Below are positions 29,363 through 39,286 of a stretch of 64,000 nt of DNA, piece after piece. The position numbers were made by a program, and so were the translations under genes. This stretch comes from a candidate division WS6 bacterium OLB20 (lineage in GTDB: Bacteria; Patescibacteriota; Dojkabacteria; B142; OLB20), in assembly GCA_001567355.1 (NCBI GenBank), contig JYNZ01000003.1, positions 530,263 through 594,262 on the forward strand, read 5' to 3'. Each line of letters begins with the position of its first letter. The first letter of the stretch is position 1. The notes beneath the pieces are model-generated. The model was given only the letters and a program-made list of their open reading frames with translations. It did no database searches and was not told the origin of the DNA.

Positions 29363-30063
29363 TGGAATATACCTACCTGCTGATAAACCTGGCCATCCTC
29401 GCAGGACCGCTTCTGCTCAGTTTTGATCCTCGCGTACGCTATTACCGCAGATGGCCCGCAGTATTTGCAGCAATACTAACCGTCAGTTCGGCGATGGTCT
29501 TCTGGGACATCCATGCCACTGCTGCAGGTCACTGGTTTTTCAGTGACGCCCACACAATCGGCATACGGTTTGCCGGACTGCCGCTTGAAGAGCTTCTGTT
29601 CTTTGTTACAGTACCGTTTGCATGTCTGTTTACCTGGGAGGTTGTACAGTTCTATCTCAAGAAAGATGAACTACTTAGGGGCATGCTTCCCCTCTGGCGT
29701 ATTGCCGGAATTGCGTTTATGCTGGCTGGTTTTGCAGCAGGCTCAAGACAGTATACGGCCTGGGTTCTGTTTCTCTGCGGCGGACTGATCACCATCCTTA
29801 CCATCTTTAAACCTGAAGTCCTGATCAGACGCTCGTCACTGATCTGGATTGGCGTGACCGCAATGCTGTTTCTGCTGTTCAATACTGTTCTCACAGCAGT
29901 GCCGGTTGTAACGTACGGTGAAGACATGGTCTCGGGGATCCGGATCGGGACAATTCCGCTGGAGGATTCGTTTTATAATCTGTTTATGCTGCTTGCGTAC
30001 CTGACATTGTATCTTCGCTTCCGGAGAGCACCTGCCGGTAATCCCGTGCAGCCCGCGTCCTGA
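29362..30063 (+). CDS. Lycopene cyclase domain protein (fused CrtYcd-type)
   Basis: MEYTYLLINLAILAGPLL start typical of lycopene cyclase domain proteins; 233 aa, 6-7 TM. Confidence 0.55.
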   Translation: MEYTYLLINLAILAGPLLLSFDPRVRYYRRWPAVFAAILTVSSAMVFWDIHATAAGHWFFSDAHTIGIRFAGLPLEELLFFVTVPFACLFTWEVVQFYLKKDELLRGMLPLWRIAGIAFMLAGFAAGSRQYTAWVLFLCGGLITILTIFKPEVLIRRSSLIWIGVTAMLFLLFNTVLTAVPVVTYGEDMVSGIRIGTIPLEDSFYNLFMLLAYLTLYLRFRRAPAGNPVQPAS

Positions 30064-30709
30064 ACCAGAACATTCCATGCGTCCAGAAAAACCCGGTAAC
30101 ACCTGTTGATCGCATGATATTGCTGATGGCTCCAAGTTCGGCCCTTACCCCTGCAAGCAGTCCGCCTCGCTTCGCGGATTTATACGTCTGTGACACATCA
30201 GGCCAGCGCACCTGCAATACCGGCAGGCCGGTCTTCAAGGCATGTCTGTTCATCAGCATCTCAACGGCATATCCCTGTCCGGCAGTATTGCGGAAAAAAC
30301 CGTTCCAGTCAGCGGTAAAAAGCGCCCTGTCTCCGGAGAGAACGTTCAGAAAACTGATCTTCTCGCGTCCGGAATACGTAAGTCTGACCGATCCCCCAGA
30401 GAGAGGCCTGATCAGAGAACGGATGTGGTCCGCAGTCAGGCCGCGAAGATCAGCGTCGAGAAATATAACGATGTCTGCACCGGAAAGCATAAATCCCTCA
30501 CGCATAATGGCAGCCTTGCCGCGGTTCTCATCGTGCTGTATCAGCCTGAAACGCGGATCAGCGATTCCCGTTAGACTGTCGCTGCCACCGTCGGCGGAGC
30601 CGTCATCAATGGCAACCACTTCGTCAATTTCAGCTGTAGCCAGCGCAGTGCGTACAACAGTTTCAACCCTGCCGGCTTCGTTATAAAATGGGATTATGCA
30701 ACGTATCAT
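29984..30709 (-). CDS. Family 2 glycosyltransferase (possible carotenoid glycosyltransferase)
   Basis: IIPFYNEAGRV...VVAIDDGSADGG...FLDADL GT2 motifs. Confidence 0.6.
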   Translation of the reverse strand: MIRCIIPFYNEAGRVETVVRTALATAEIDEVVAIDDGSADGGSDSLTGIADPRFRLIQHDENRGKAAIMREGFMLSGADIVIFLDADLRGLTADHIRSLIRPLSGGSVRLTYSGREKISFLNVLSGDRALFTADWNGFFRNTAGQGYAVEMLMNRHALKTGLPVLQVRWPDVSQTYKSAKRGGLLAGVRAELGAISNIMRSTGVTGFFWTHGMFWFRTRAARDYRQVLSGSEDTMSGTQAA

Positions 30710-31465
30710 CAGTAAACAGTATCCTCTTATACAACTATACGTAATCACTCTGATTCTTGCCATCGGTGCCGTGCTGGGTGACCGCATCGCTGCACTGCTG
30801 CCGATTCTGTCCGGTTTTATCCGTGTTGCAGCTGACATGTCTATGATCGCATTCGCGCTGCCTTTACTGCTTCAGATCCGTTCGCGCCGGCTGGTCCTGA
30901 CGGCGGTTGTAATTGCCGCTGCCGGTTTTCTGCTTGAACATCTGAGTGCCGCTTCCGGCGTTCCCTACGGATTCTTTACCTACACAGACAGATTTGCCCT
31001 TCTGACTGGCGGCACACCGGTTGTAATCGGACTGGCGTGGCTGGTGATAGTTTTTGGTGGCCGTGCTGCTGCAGAACGTCTCGACTCACGGACATATGTA
31101 CAGGTGCTGATTGCAGCTGCAATTGCAGTGCTCATCGATCTTGCACTTGACCCGGCTGCGGTCGGTCTTGGGTTCTGGGAATGGCAGCAAATCGGACCCT
31201 ACTACGGGATCCCTCTCAGCAACTTCGGGGGGGTGGTTTTTTTGCCGCATTTCTGCTGACGATGATCAGTCTGACACTTCACCGGGAACGTCTGAAACCC
31301 TCAGGAGCTTTGACCAGTCTGTTTCTGATTGCATCGTTCTGGACCAACGTCGCACTGCTGCAGGGATTATTTTTCCCCGCAGCAGCCGGCATCGCAGCAA
31401 TCGTTCTGATCAGCAGTCTACTCAGATCTTCAACTTCGAGCGGGACTGTACAACAATCGCCATAA
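30696..31465 (+). CDS. Membrane protein adjacent to crt genes, interrupted by a frameshift in a G7/T7 run (31227-31247)
   Basis: ORF 30696-31259 and a continuing hydrophobic ORF in another frame to 31465; shift maps to GGGGGGGTGGTTTTTTT. Confidence 0.4.
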
Positions 31466-32669
31466 ACGCTACAAAGCCCAGCAGCACAAGCAGCATTGCG
31501 TACTCCGGAATAGTCACCACCAGCGGGAAGAACCCGATAAACAGAGCGGTAACCGGCAGCATGTAACGCAATGCAAAAGAGACACCGTGCACTCGTGCTG
31601 ACAGATAGAGCATAAGCCCGCCTGTCAGGACCCAGGCGACTGCAAATGCCAGGTACAACGGCATCGAATACTCCATCACTACAGGCAGACTGGCAAACAA
31701 CTCCATAGTCGGATCAATCGTAAAGCTCGACAGATAATGTACAAGCGGGAAAAAGACTGCAAACAGCACCGTCATAATACCAAAATCAAGCAGTCTCATG
31801 CCACGCCCGAACCTGTCTGTCAGAAAAACAGCAACCCCGGCAAAGATCACATAGACCGGTGCCATTGTCAGATAGATCCTGGACACCTGGGTAGACGGAT
31901 TGATCCTGTCTCCAACACTTACAGAGACAACAGGCTGCGAGAAGAGATTTTCCTTGTGCCACTCCAGTCTCACGGATTCGTTTGCACCCTCGGAACCAAA
32001 CTCGCGGCTGTCAACACTCATTCCATAATTGATGTTGTAGGAACGTGTTCCTTCGATGGTTACGATCATTGAGAAATCCTGCGCATGCTCGGTAAAACTG
32101 CCACTGTAGGTAAACGATGACATTCCGACGGTTTCGTAGCGGATCGTGAAAACCGGATCGGATGTCTTAACAGGACCGCTCCACACGAGACTCTGTGTTC
32201 CATACAGTTCCGCGGAGCCTTCGCGTGTGAAGCTGAGCTGCTCGTCATCCAGCCAGATCTCAACATTGCTGAGTTCGCTGTAATCAAGCTCGACCGGCAG
32301 CGGAAACCGGAATGTTGCACTACCGGCAGAGACACTGTCCGCAGCAAATGTATACTGCGCGCGGAAGACATTCCTGAATGCGGGCTGCAGGGCAAGACCC
32401 TTCTTTACAAATGCTGCCTGGATGCTGACACCTGAATCTGTATTTTTCAGGTTGTATTCTTCACCGGATGCATCGGTAAGCACAGGAGCCTTCTGCTCGA
32501 TCGGACCGCTGTACACTGAGTAAGCAGCCAGATAATTGTCATTGGCCACATCGTTGCGCACCGAGGCGACAGCAGCCATAAACAGGCCGAACACGGTGAT
32601 GACCATGGTGGATAAAATTCCCAGGATAACGATCCTGGGCAGACGCGACGAATGCATAAATGCTTTCAT
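31422..32669 (-). CDS. Large membrane protein (N-terminal TM, extracytoplasmic domain, C-terminal TM bundle; CreD-like topology)
   Basis: Topology only. Confidence 0.3.
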   Translation of the reverse strand: MKAFMHSSRLPRIVILGILSTMVITVFGLFMAAVASVRNDVANDNYLAAYSVYSGPIEQKAPVLTDASGEEYNLKNTDSGVSIQAAFVKKGLALQPAFRNVFRAQYTFAADSVSAGSATFRFPLPVELDYSELSNVEIWLDDEQLSFTREGSAELYGTQSLVWSGPVKTSDPVFTIRYETVGMSSFTYSGSFTEHAQDFSMIVTIEGTRSYNINYGMSVDSREFGSEGANESVRLEWHKENLFSQPVVSVSVGDRINPSTQVSRIYLTMAPVYVIFAGVAVFLTDRFGRGMRLLDFGIMTVLFAVFFPLVHYLSSFTIDPTMELFASLPVVMEYSMPLYLAFAVAWVLTGGLMLYLSARVHGVSFALRYMLPVTALFIGFFPLVVTIPEYAMLLVLLGFVAFMAIVVQSRSKLKI

Positions 32670-32730
32670 GGTCGCTATGGTAACAGATAAAGTATGGTTG
32701 CTTTTGCAGATGGCAACAGGAGCAGCTACA

Positions 32731-33435
32731 ATGAGGGCAGCTCATCAATATGTACAAGGGATGTTACAAATCCACTTTCTGACAATTTTTCCGGGAATGT
32801 TCCCGGCCGTGCTTGAGGACAGCATCCTCGGCAGAGCTGCAAAAGCCGGCAGGGTTTCGTTTGAGGTTCATAATCTGCGCAGCTGGACTGACGACAATCA
32901 CCAGACAGTCGACGACAGACCATTTGGGGGCGGTCCGGGAATGGTGATGATGGTTGAGCCCTTATACAAAGCGATCCGGGATATCAAAGAACGCTCGGGA
33001 GGAGACCTGACGGTTCTCGTAACAGGCGCCAAAGGAACACAATTTTCTCAAAGCTATGCGCGCGAGCTGTCTGAACATTCCGCCATCCTCATCATCTGTG
33101 GACATTACGAGGGTATAGATCAGCGCATCATTGATAACATGGCTGATGCCGAGGTTTCAATCGGTCCGTATGTCCTGACCGGTGGCGAGCTGCCGGCACT
33201 TGTCATAGCTGATGCGGTTACCAGACTGCTGCCCGGTGTGCTCGGTAATGAGGACTCCCTGGCAAACGAGTCACATGACGAGGAGGGTGTGCTGGAAGCT
33301 CCTCACTATACACGGCCCGCAGAATTTACTACTGCCGAAGGGGACGTCTGGAAGGTTCCGGATGTGCTGCTGAGCGGTGATCATAAAAACATTGCCCGAT
33401 GGCGAGAACAACAGTCAAAGACAAGCGCGAGCTAG
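32731..33435 (+). CDS. trmD: tRNA (guanine37-N1)-methyltransferase
   Basis: IHFLTIFPGMF, RPFGGGPGMVMMVEP, GHYEGIDQR; AGGAG upstream of ATG 32731. Confidence 0.85.
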   Translation: MRAAHQYVQGMLQIHFLTIFPGMFPAVLEDSILGRAAKAGRVSFEVHNLRSWTDDNHQTVDDRPFGGGPGMVMMVEPLYKAIRDIKERSGGDLTVLVTGAKGTQFSQSYARELSEHSAILIICGHYEGIDQRIIDNMADAEVSIGPYVLTGGELPALVIADAVTRLLPGVLGNEDSLANESHDEEGVLEAPHYTRPAEFTTAEGDVWKVPDVLLSGDHKNIARWREQQSKTSAS

Positions 33436-33959
33436 CCAGAACGGTATCGCTTATTCTGAATCCGGCAGTGATGATCGCACTGCAGATGATGATAATTATC
33501 CGTGCCTTCGCCGTAACGCCAGAGCAGCTCTTCAAAGTCAGTCTGCCCTTTCTGCTTCCGGTCAGCTGCTACATCATCATAATGGTGTTTGTTCTTAAAA
33601 AAGTTGATTACGACTTTACCAGCCGGATGAGTCGCTGGCCGGTACTGATACTTGCAATCGGAGGGTTACTCATTTCTGTCCCCGCCTCACTGCAGATGGC
33701 CCCTGAACTGACAGGGTTTCTGATGAGAATGCTGGTTCTGTTTGTGCTGATCGCAACCGTGACATTTTACTGGAAGGTCAGTCTGCATATGGTGTTTTTT
33801 TCCATGACAGTTATGATGCTCGCGGTCTACATCCAGCAGTCACTTATTGTGATGTATGTGTTCCTTCCGCTTCTGTACTGGGCGCGGATATACCTGCACA
33901 AGCATACTCCAAGCCAGCTCTTGCTTGGAACGATTCTGCCGGTACTGGTAATTATCTGA
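33399..33959 (+). CDS. Multi-pass membrane protein
   Basis: 5 hydrophobic helices. Confidence 0.3.
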   Translation: MARTTVKDKRELARTVSLILNPAVMIALQMMIIIRAFAVTPEQLFKVSLPFLLPVSCYIIIMVFVLKKVDYDFTSRMSRWPVLILAIGGLLISVPASLQMAPELTGFLMRMLVLFVLIATVTFYWKVSLHMVFFSMTVMMLAVYIQQSLIVMYVFLPLLYWARIYLHKHTPSQLLLGTILPVLVII

Positions 33960-33974
33960 TGCTATACTGAACGC

Positions 33975-34895
33975 ATGATACTGCTCTACATACTGCTCAT
34001 TCCACTTGGCCTGCTTGCGCTTATCAAGGGTGCACAGCTGGTGGTCGAATCATCCGTCTACATTGCGCGCAAAACAGGGCTGCCACGGTTTGTGATTGGA
34101 GTCACTGTTGTTGCATTCGGTACGTCGCTTCCCGAGCTGTTCGTAAACACGCTCAGCAGTTTTGCAGGCAGTGACGGTCTTGTTCTCGGAAACATCCTGG
34201 GCAGCAACATCTCAAATGTGCTGCTCGTAATCGGAATAGCAGCGATCGTCAAACCCATTTCTGTGCAGCATCTTGTTGCAACCCGTGATATTCCATTTTC
34301 ACTGGCAAGCATCTTCATCTTTGTTCTGCTTCTGTTTGACCAGGTGTTTAACGGAGCCGATGCGGACCTGCTTGCCCGGGGTGACGGCCTGATCATGCTG
34401 ATGGTGTTCCTGATCTTTCTGTACTATGTCGCGTTTTCACATAAAGAACACTATGACGAACTGGAGGAGGAACTGGGGCACAAGCGCTTTGTCAACCAGA
34501 TTGCGATCGGAAGCTTTGGTGTGCTGCTTCTGATCCTGGGCGGACAGTTTGTTGTAGAAGGCAGCACAGCAATAGCCGAGATGTTCGGCATCAGTGAAAA
34601 GATCATCGGGCTCACGATCATCTCCATCAGCACATCACTGCCTGAGATGGTAACCACAATAGTGGCTATCCGTCAGGGAGAGGGCGAGCTTGGTATCGGA
34701 AACATAATCGGATCGAATATTTTCAATCTGCTCTTTGTACTCGGGATCTCGGCGCTTGTTAATCCGGTAGGCACGGCAGAAGGAGTGGGACTTGATGTGT
34801 TTATGATGTTTATCGCGACGGTACTGCTGATCATATCACTGTTCATGGGACAGCGTAACAAGGTTGACCGCAGCGAGGGTATCTTTTTGTCGTGA
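33975..34895 (+). CDS. Ca2+/cation antiporter (CaCA/YrbG family)
   Basis: Duplicated alpha-repeat motifs GTSLPELFV and STSLPEMVT. Confidence 0.75.
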   Translation: MILLYILLIPLGLLALIKGAQLVVESSVYIARKTGLPRFVIGVTVVAFGTSLPELFVNTLSSFAGSDGLVLGNILGSNISNVLLVIGIAAIVKPISVQHLVATRDIPFSLASIFIFVLLLFDQVFNGADADLLARGDGLIMLMVFLIFLYYVAFSHKEHYDELEEELGHKRFVNQIAIGSFGVLLLILGGQFVVEGSTAIAEMFGISEKIIGLTIISISTSLPEMVTTIVAIRQGEGELGIGNIIGSNIFNLLFVLGISALVNPVGTAEGVGLDVFMMFIATVLLIISLFMGQRNKVDRSEGIFLS

Positions 34896-34949
34896 TCTAT
34901 GCGATATACATAGTGATGCTGCTCAGCACTACCGATGTGTTTCCGATGA

Positions 34950-35597
34950 TTACTGTGCTTCAGTAACAATTGCCTCAATCTCCGCCGAGACCTCGTCAAT
35001 GCTTTTTGAGGCATCAATCTCTTTTAGCATATTCTGCTCCCGGTAATGTTCAATTACCGGAGCGTTTTTGGTGCGGTCTTCGTTCAACCGGTTTTTTACA
35101 GCCTCGGGTTTGTCATCCTCACGCTGTACCAGTTTGCTGCCGCATTTGTCGCAGATACCTTCCTGGTGTGGAGGATCAAATACAGTGTGATAGACCGTAT
35201 TGTCCACAGGGCATGTCCAGCGGTTAGACAGGCGTGTAATCGCCTCCTGATCCGACAGGTCAAAATAGACAACCAGATCAATCTGCTTACCGATCTCGGC
35301 GAGCATGTCGCGGGTCAGTCCGATCTGTTCGGTATTGCGGACCACTCCGTTAAGTATGATATTTTCGGTATCAAGCTCTTCCAGATGTTTGCGCAGGATG
35401 GCAAAGACCAGTTCATCAGTGACATACTTGCCTGCGTCGTACAGTTCTTTTGATTTCATCCCCAGTTCGGTTTTGTTTCTGATCTCATCGCGTATCAGAG
35501 AGCCTGTGGATATATTCACAAAGCCGTGATTTTTTTCGAGTATTGCAGCCTGGGTATCCTTGCCGCTACCCTTGGGGCCGATGAACAGCAGTATCAT
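34950..35597 (-). CDS. adk: Adenylate kinase (with zinc-binding LID)
   Basis: P-loop GPKGSGKDTQ, LID CPVD...CDKCG. Confidence 0.9.
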   Translation of the reverse strand: MILLFIGPKGSGKDTQAAILEKNHGFVNISTGSLIRDEIRNKTELGMKSKELYDAGKYVTDELVFAILRKHLEELDTENIILNGVVRNTEQIGLTRDMLAEIGKQIDLVVYFDLSDQEAITRLSNRWTCPVDNTVYHTVFDPPHQEGICDKCGSKLVQREDDKPEAVKNRLNEDRTKNAPVIEHYREQNMLKEIDASKSIDEVSAEIEAIVTEAQ

Positions 35598-35608
35598 AGA
35601 ACGTCACG

Positions 35609-36370
35609 TTAAGATGAAAAAAACAGATGCAGGACAACACTCAATACCACAAGAAGCACGCTCAGTGCAAACAGCAGGTGTTCGAGGATACGCATGGGTT
35701 TGGGAACGTAACTTGCGTTTACAGTCGAAAGCAGGAGACCAAGGACTATTCCTCCGATAAGTCCTCCAATATGCGCAGCGTTGTTGATACCGAATGCCCC
35801 GATTGCGTTACCGCCAAATCCGAAGATCACATTAATCAGCACAAAAAACCACAGACCGCTTGTATCGATGGGAATCTTGCTGCTGTAGTCATCGCGCTTA
35901 TACATATGTCCAAGCAGCAGACCGACAAGACCGAAGATCGCACCTGATGCGCCGATCGAGATGACGTTATAATCTGCCGGTACAGGCATACCCTGGCTGA
36001 CAAACGTGAAGAATGTAACTCCGACGCTGAGGACGGATGCGCTGACTCCGGAAAGGACGTACACCAGAAACAGTTTGCGGGCCCCGTAAAAGTCCTCGAT
36101 CAGTCCTCCAACGTTGTAGAGTGCCCACATGTTTATCGCGAGGTGAAGAAACCCTCCATGCAGAAACGCCGGCAGAACAAGCCGCCAGATCTCACCCTCA
36201 CGGACTATGCTGATAAAGTGCTCCGCACCGAAGCGGTACAGCATATATACAGTATTAGTACCCGTCGTCAGGGCCAGCAGCTCAACAAGCACGTACAGGA
36301 TGACGTTGACTGCAATCAGGACGTGCGTAAGTTTGATATAAATGCTCCAGTTTGGCATGGTACAATACAT
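35609..36370 (-). CDS. Rhomboid family intramembrane serine protease
   Basis: GASGAIFGL (GxSG) and downstream AHxGG (NAAHIGGLI). Confidence 0.8.
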   Translation of the reverse strand: MYCTMPNWSIYIKLTHVLIAVNVILYVLVELLALTTGTNTVYMLYRFGAEHFISIVREGEIWRLVLPAFLHGGFLHLAINMWALYNVGGLIEDFYGARKLFLVYVLSGVSASVLSVGVTFFTFVSQGMPVPADYNVISIGASGAIFGLVGLLLGHMYKRDDYSSKIPIDTSGLWFFVLINVIFGFGGNAIGAFGINNAAHIGGLIGGIVLGLLLSTVNASYVPKPMRILEHLLFALSVLLVVLSVVLHLFFSS

Positions 36371-36396
36371 AATACAGTAATTTATCCCGCTTCCCC

Positions 36397-36669
36397 ATGA
36401 ACGTACGTGATGATATCACGAAAATCACAATGTACAGCACCAGCTGGTGCGGTGACTGTGTCCGCGCTCGCATGTTTTTTGACCGGTTCAAGATTGACTA
36501 CATAGAGGTGGACATCGAAGAGCAGCCGGATGCAGAGATGGTTATGAGGCAGCTTTCGGGCGGACGACGAAGTGTACCCACCATCCACATCGAGTACAAG
36601 GACAATGCACCGGCTGACTTGCTGATCGAACCCGATTTTAATGAGCTCGCAAAAACATTCCTGCTATGA
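36397..36669 (+). CDS. Glutaredoxin/NrdH-like thioredoxin-fold protein
   Basis: WCGDC active site near N-terminus; 90 aa. Confidence 0.6.
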   Translation: MNVRDDITKITMYSTSWCGDCVRARMFFDRFKIDYIEVDIEEQPDAEMVMRQLSGGRRSVPTIHIEYKDNAPADLLIEPDFNELAKTFLL

Positions 36670-37469
36670 GAAATCCTGATTACCTTGAGAATGCGATCGA
36701 AATCGCCCGCATGGCAGGCACGGTCATGAAGGAGCTGCAGTCAGTCGAAATCCACACCGACTGGAAAGCCGACGGGACCCCCCTTACTGAGGCAGATACA
36801 CGCATAAACAGAATGGTAATCGAAGAGATCAGCAGACGGTTCCCGGACCACGGCGTACTGGGTGAAGAGGAAAGCAGCGAGACAGACCGCGAGTTTGTCT
36901 GGGTCTGCGATCCGATCGACGGCACAATCCCTTACTCGCATGGCCTCACTATCTCCACATTTTCGCTAGCACTGGTGCGAAACGGCATGCCAGTGACCGG
37001 AGTAGTCTTTGATCCATTTCAGGACAGGCTTTACGCGGCAGAAAAAGACGCAGGTACTACTGCCAACGGGGTAAAAGTACAGGTTAACAATCGTACAACT
37101 CTTAAGGATGCTGTGGTCAGCATCAACGGTCCGGAGTACTTTACCGGAATTCTGAACGATCTGCTTAAGCGCTGGATATTTCCGTTTACACCGCAGTCGT
37201 GCCTACGGTGCAAAACAGATAGCAAGCGGTCATTTTACAGCAGGCATCTTCGGTTGGAACAATCCCTGGGACTGTGCCACGATCAAGATTCTGGTTGAAG
37301 AGGCGGGTGGCAGAGCAACGGACTTTGAAGGAAACGAACAGCGCTACGACCGCAAACTGAACGGCTTTGTGGTTTCAAACGGGCTGGTACATGACGAGTT
37401 GCTTGAGGTCATCAGCAGGCATCGCAAAAACACTGGGAAATCTGTGTATCAGGATATTCTCGACTCCTA
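36666..37469 (+). CDS. Inositol monophosphatase family protein; C-terminal third is in a different frame (frameshift about 37150-37200)
   Basis: LGEEES..., WVCDPIDGT in the 36666 frame; IASGHFTAGIFGWNNPWDCATIKILVEEAGG (WD/EAGG motifs) in +1 frame ending at 37469. Confidence 0.6.
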
Positions 37470-37472
37470 GGA

Positions 37473-39083
37473 TTACAGCTTCTCGACCTTGAAGCAGACG
37501 ATCTCATCACCCTCCTGCAGGTCATCGTATTTCGGCTCAAACAGGATTCCACAGTCCTGACCCTTTTTGATCTCTTTGACGACGTTCTTGTTCTGGCGCA
37601 GCTCGGTAATCTTGGCTTCTGCCATCTCCGCACCGTCGCGTTCGATATAGATGCGGTACCCCTTGATAACTGTACCTTTGATAACTTCGGAACCGGCGAC
37701 AACCGCCCCGTTTGAAAGGACAAATACCTGCTTGACACGGGCACGGGCAACTTCAACCTTTTCGAGCACAGGATCTGCCATGCTGTCCATCGCATCAGAG
37801 ATCTCTTCGATCATCTCATAGATAACTTCATAGGTGCGCACAAGTACGCGTTCTTTTTTAGCAAGCTCCGCCACTTTGCGTGGTGTCTCAACCTGGAAAC
37901 CGAGGATGATGGCACGCGCAGCCTTGGCTGCCTGCACATCTTTTTCGGTAACTGCACCGACACCTGAGTCAATCAGCTTGATCTGTACTTCTTCATCATT
38001 GAGCTGGCTCAGCTCTTCGGTTGCAACTTCAAGCGTTCCCTGAGAGTCGGTGCGGAGAACAACATTAAGATACTTGATCTCTTTTTCTGTTTTGGCGTCG
38101 GCCAGCAGGTCAGCAAGAAACGCAAGGTCATTATCTGGAGCAGCGGGTTCATCTGTCTGTTCCGCCTCAAGCAGGTCGCGTTCGCCTTCTTCGATCTCGC
38201 GGTACAGTTTTTTAGCTGTACGTTCGTCCTTTACAATATTAATGTAGCTGCCGGTCGGCAGAATGTCCTTGAGTCCGACAATTGCGACAGGATCCCCCTG
38301 CTCTGCTCCATCGCGCTGGCTGTGCGTATCATTATCAAGAAGGGTTCTGATCTTGCTGTAACCGTTTTCATGTACCACAAAGTTTGCAGTGGAAAAGCCG
38401 CCGGATTTTACGAGCACAAGTGAGACGGGTCCGAGGTTTTCATCCAGGACGGATTCCAGCACAAAGGCTGTACCTTCGACTCCTTCTGGTGCAGCATCTT
38501 TTTTGAGTTCATTCAGTTCTGCTGTAAGCAGAACGCTGTCCAGAAGCTCCGTAAGACCTGTCTTTTTGATGGCAGATACCTCGTTTACGATAACCTCTCC
38601 TCCGTACTCCTCAAGCTCAAGCCCTGCCGAGGACAGCTCCTGTTTGAGCTTGTTAAGGTTTTTACCGGGAAGATCAATCTTGTTGATGGCAACAATTACA
38701 GGCACACCGCTTTCTTTGGCAAATTTTATCGACTCTTTTGTCTGCGGCTGCACTCCGTCATCCGCTGCGACAACGAGCAGTACAAGGTCAGTCACCTTTG
38801 CACCGCGTGAACGCATCGCGCTGAATGCCTCGTGGCCCGGGGTGTCGATAAATGTAATCTTTTGACCGTTGTAATCAATCTGGTGTGCGCGAGTGTTCTG
38901 TGTGATACCTCCTGCCTCGCCTGCGGCAACGTCAGTCTCCCGGATGGCATCCAGGAGTGAGGTTTTACCGTGATCGACGTGCCCCATAACAGCTACGATG
39001 GGGGTACGGGCGATATCATATGCCTTTGTAGTTTTTTTCTTGCTCGCCAAGGGTGAGTTTGAATTACACCGTGATTCTAACAC
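37473..39083 (-). CDS. infB: Translation initiation factor IF-2 (short form, G-domain directly near N-terminus)
   Basis: GHVDHGKTSLLD, DTPGHEAF, NKID; 536 aa. Confidence 0.9.
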   Translation of the reverse strand: MLESRCNSNSPLASKKKTTKAYDIARTPIVAVMGHVDHGKTSLLDAIRETDVAAGEAGGITQNTRAHQIDYNGQKITFIDTPGHEAFSAMRSRGAKVTDLVLLVVAADDGVQPQTKESIKFAKESGVPVIVAINKIDLPGKNLNKLKQELSSAGLELEEYGGEVIVNEVSAIKKTGLTELLDSVLLTAELNELKKDAAPEGVEGTAFVLESVLDENLGPVSLVLVKSGGFSTANFVVHENGYSKIRTLLDNDTHSQRDGAEQGDPVAIVGLKDILPTGSYINIVKDERTAKKLYREIEEGERDLLEAEQTDEPAAPDNDLAFLADLLADAKTEKEIKYLNVVLRTDSQGTLEVATEELSQLNDEEVQIKLIDSGVGAVTEKDVQAAKAARAIILGFQVETPRKVAELAKKERVLVRTYEVIYEMIEEISDAMDSMADPVLEKVEVARARVKQVFVLSNGAVVAGSEVIKGTVIKGYRIYIERDGAEMAEAKITELRQNKNVVKEIKKGQDCGILFEPKYDDLQEGDEIVCFKVEKL

Positions 39084-39224
39084 ATAACCGCTTCTGGTGT
39101 AAGTATTTTGCTCATTCCGCCGGGTACATTCCCTGATTTATCCGCTCAGATATCTGTTTTTCATGCGTTATCACGACATCTGCAAAGGCAGAAGACAGAC
39201 AGCTCATGTTTAGTACAGTATAGG

Positions 39225-39252
39225 GTGACAGCAGCCGGTCACATGCTATAAT
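39225..39252 (+). promoter_or_regulatory. Candidate sigma70 promoter for dnaJ-like gene (GTGACA -35, 16 nt spacer, TGcTATAAT extended -10)
   Basis: Read directly. Confidence 0.45.
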
Positions 39253-39257
39253 ACATC

Positions 39258-39284
39258 CTAGCAAATAAAGTACCCGACTGCTAA
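39258..39284 (+). promoter_or_regulatory. CIRCE-like inverted repeat (cTAGCAaat-N9-GAcTGCTAA) between promoter and dnaJ start
   Basis: Matches TTAGCACTC-N9-GAGTGCTAA at 14/18 positions with correct 9-nt spacer and usual position. Confidence 0.35.
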
Positions 39285-39286
39285 AC

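Noticed and set aside
30696-30709. Apparent 14-nt overlap of divergent start codons (GT2 on minus, membrane protein on plus)
   Set aside because: Probably a start-codon choice artefact; alternative downstream/upstream starts exist for the GT2 gene (30763)
37169-37222. Frame-2 peptide ALDISVYTAVV resembling the IMPase SAALDL motif
   Set aside because: Placing it as the ALD motif would make the ALD-to-PWD spacing about 11 residues too long; the +1 frame alone aligns to the VAAG...PWD...EAGG block, so treated as coincidence
37834-38865. S/T/A-rich ORFs (37834-38043, 38050-38247, 38389-38865) on plus strand opposite infB
   Set aside because: Antisense to a strongly supported infB gene; low-complexity composition from reverse-frame reading
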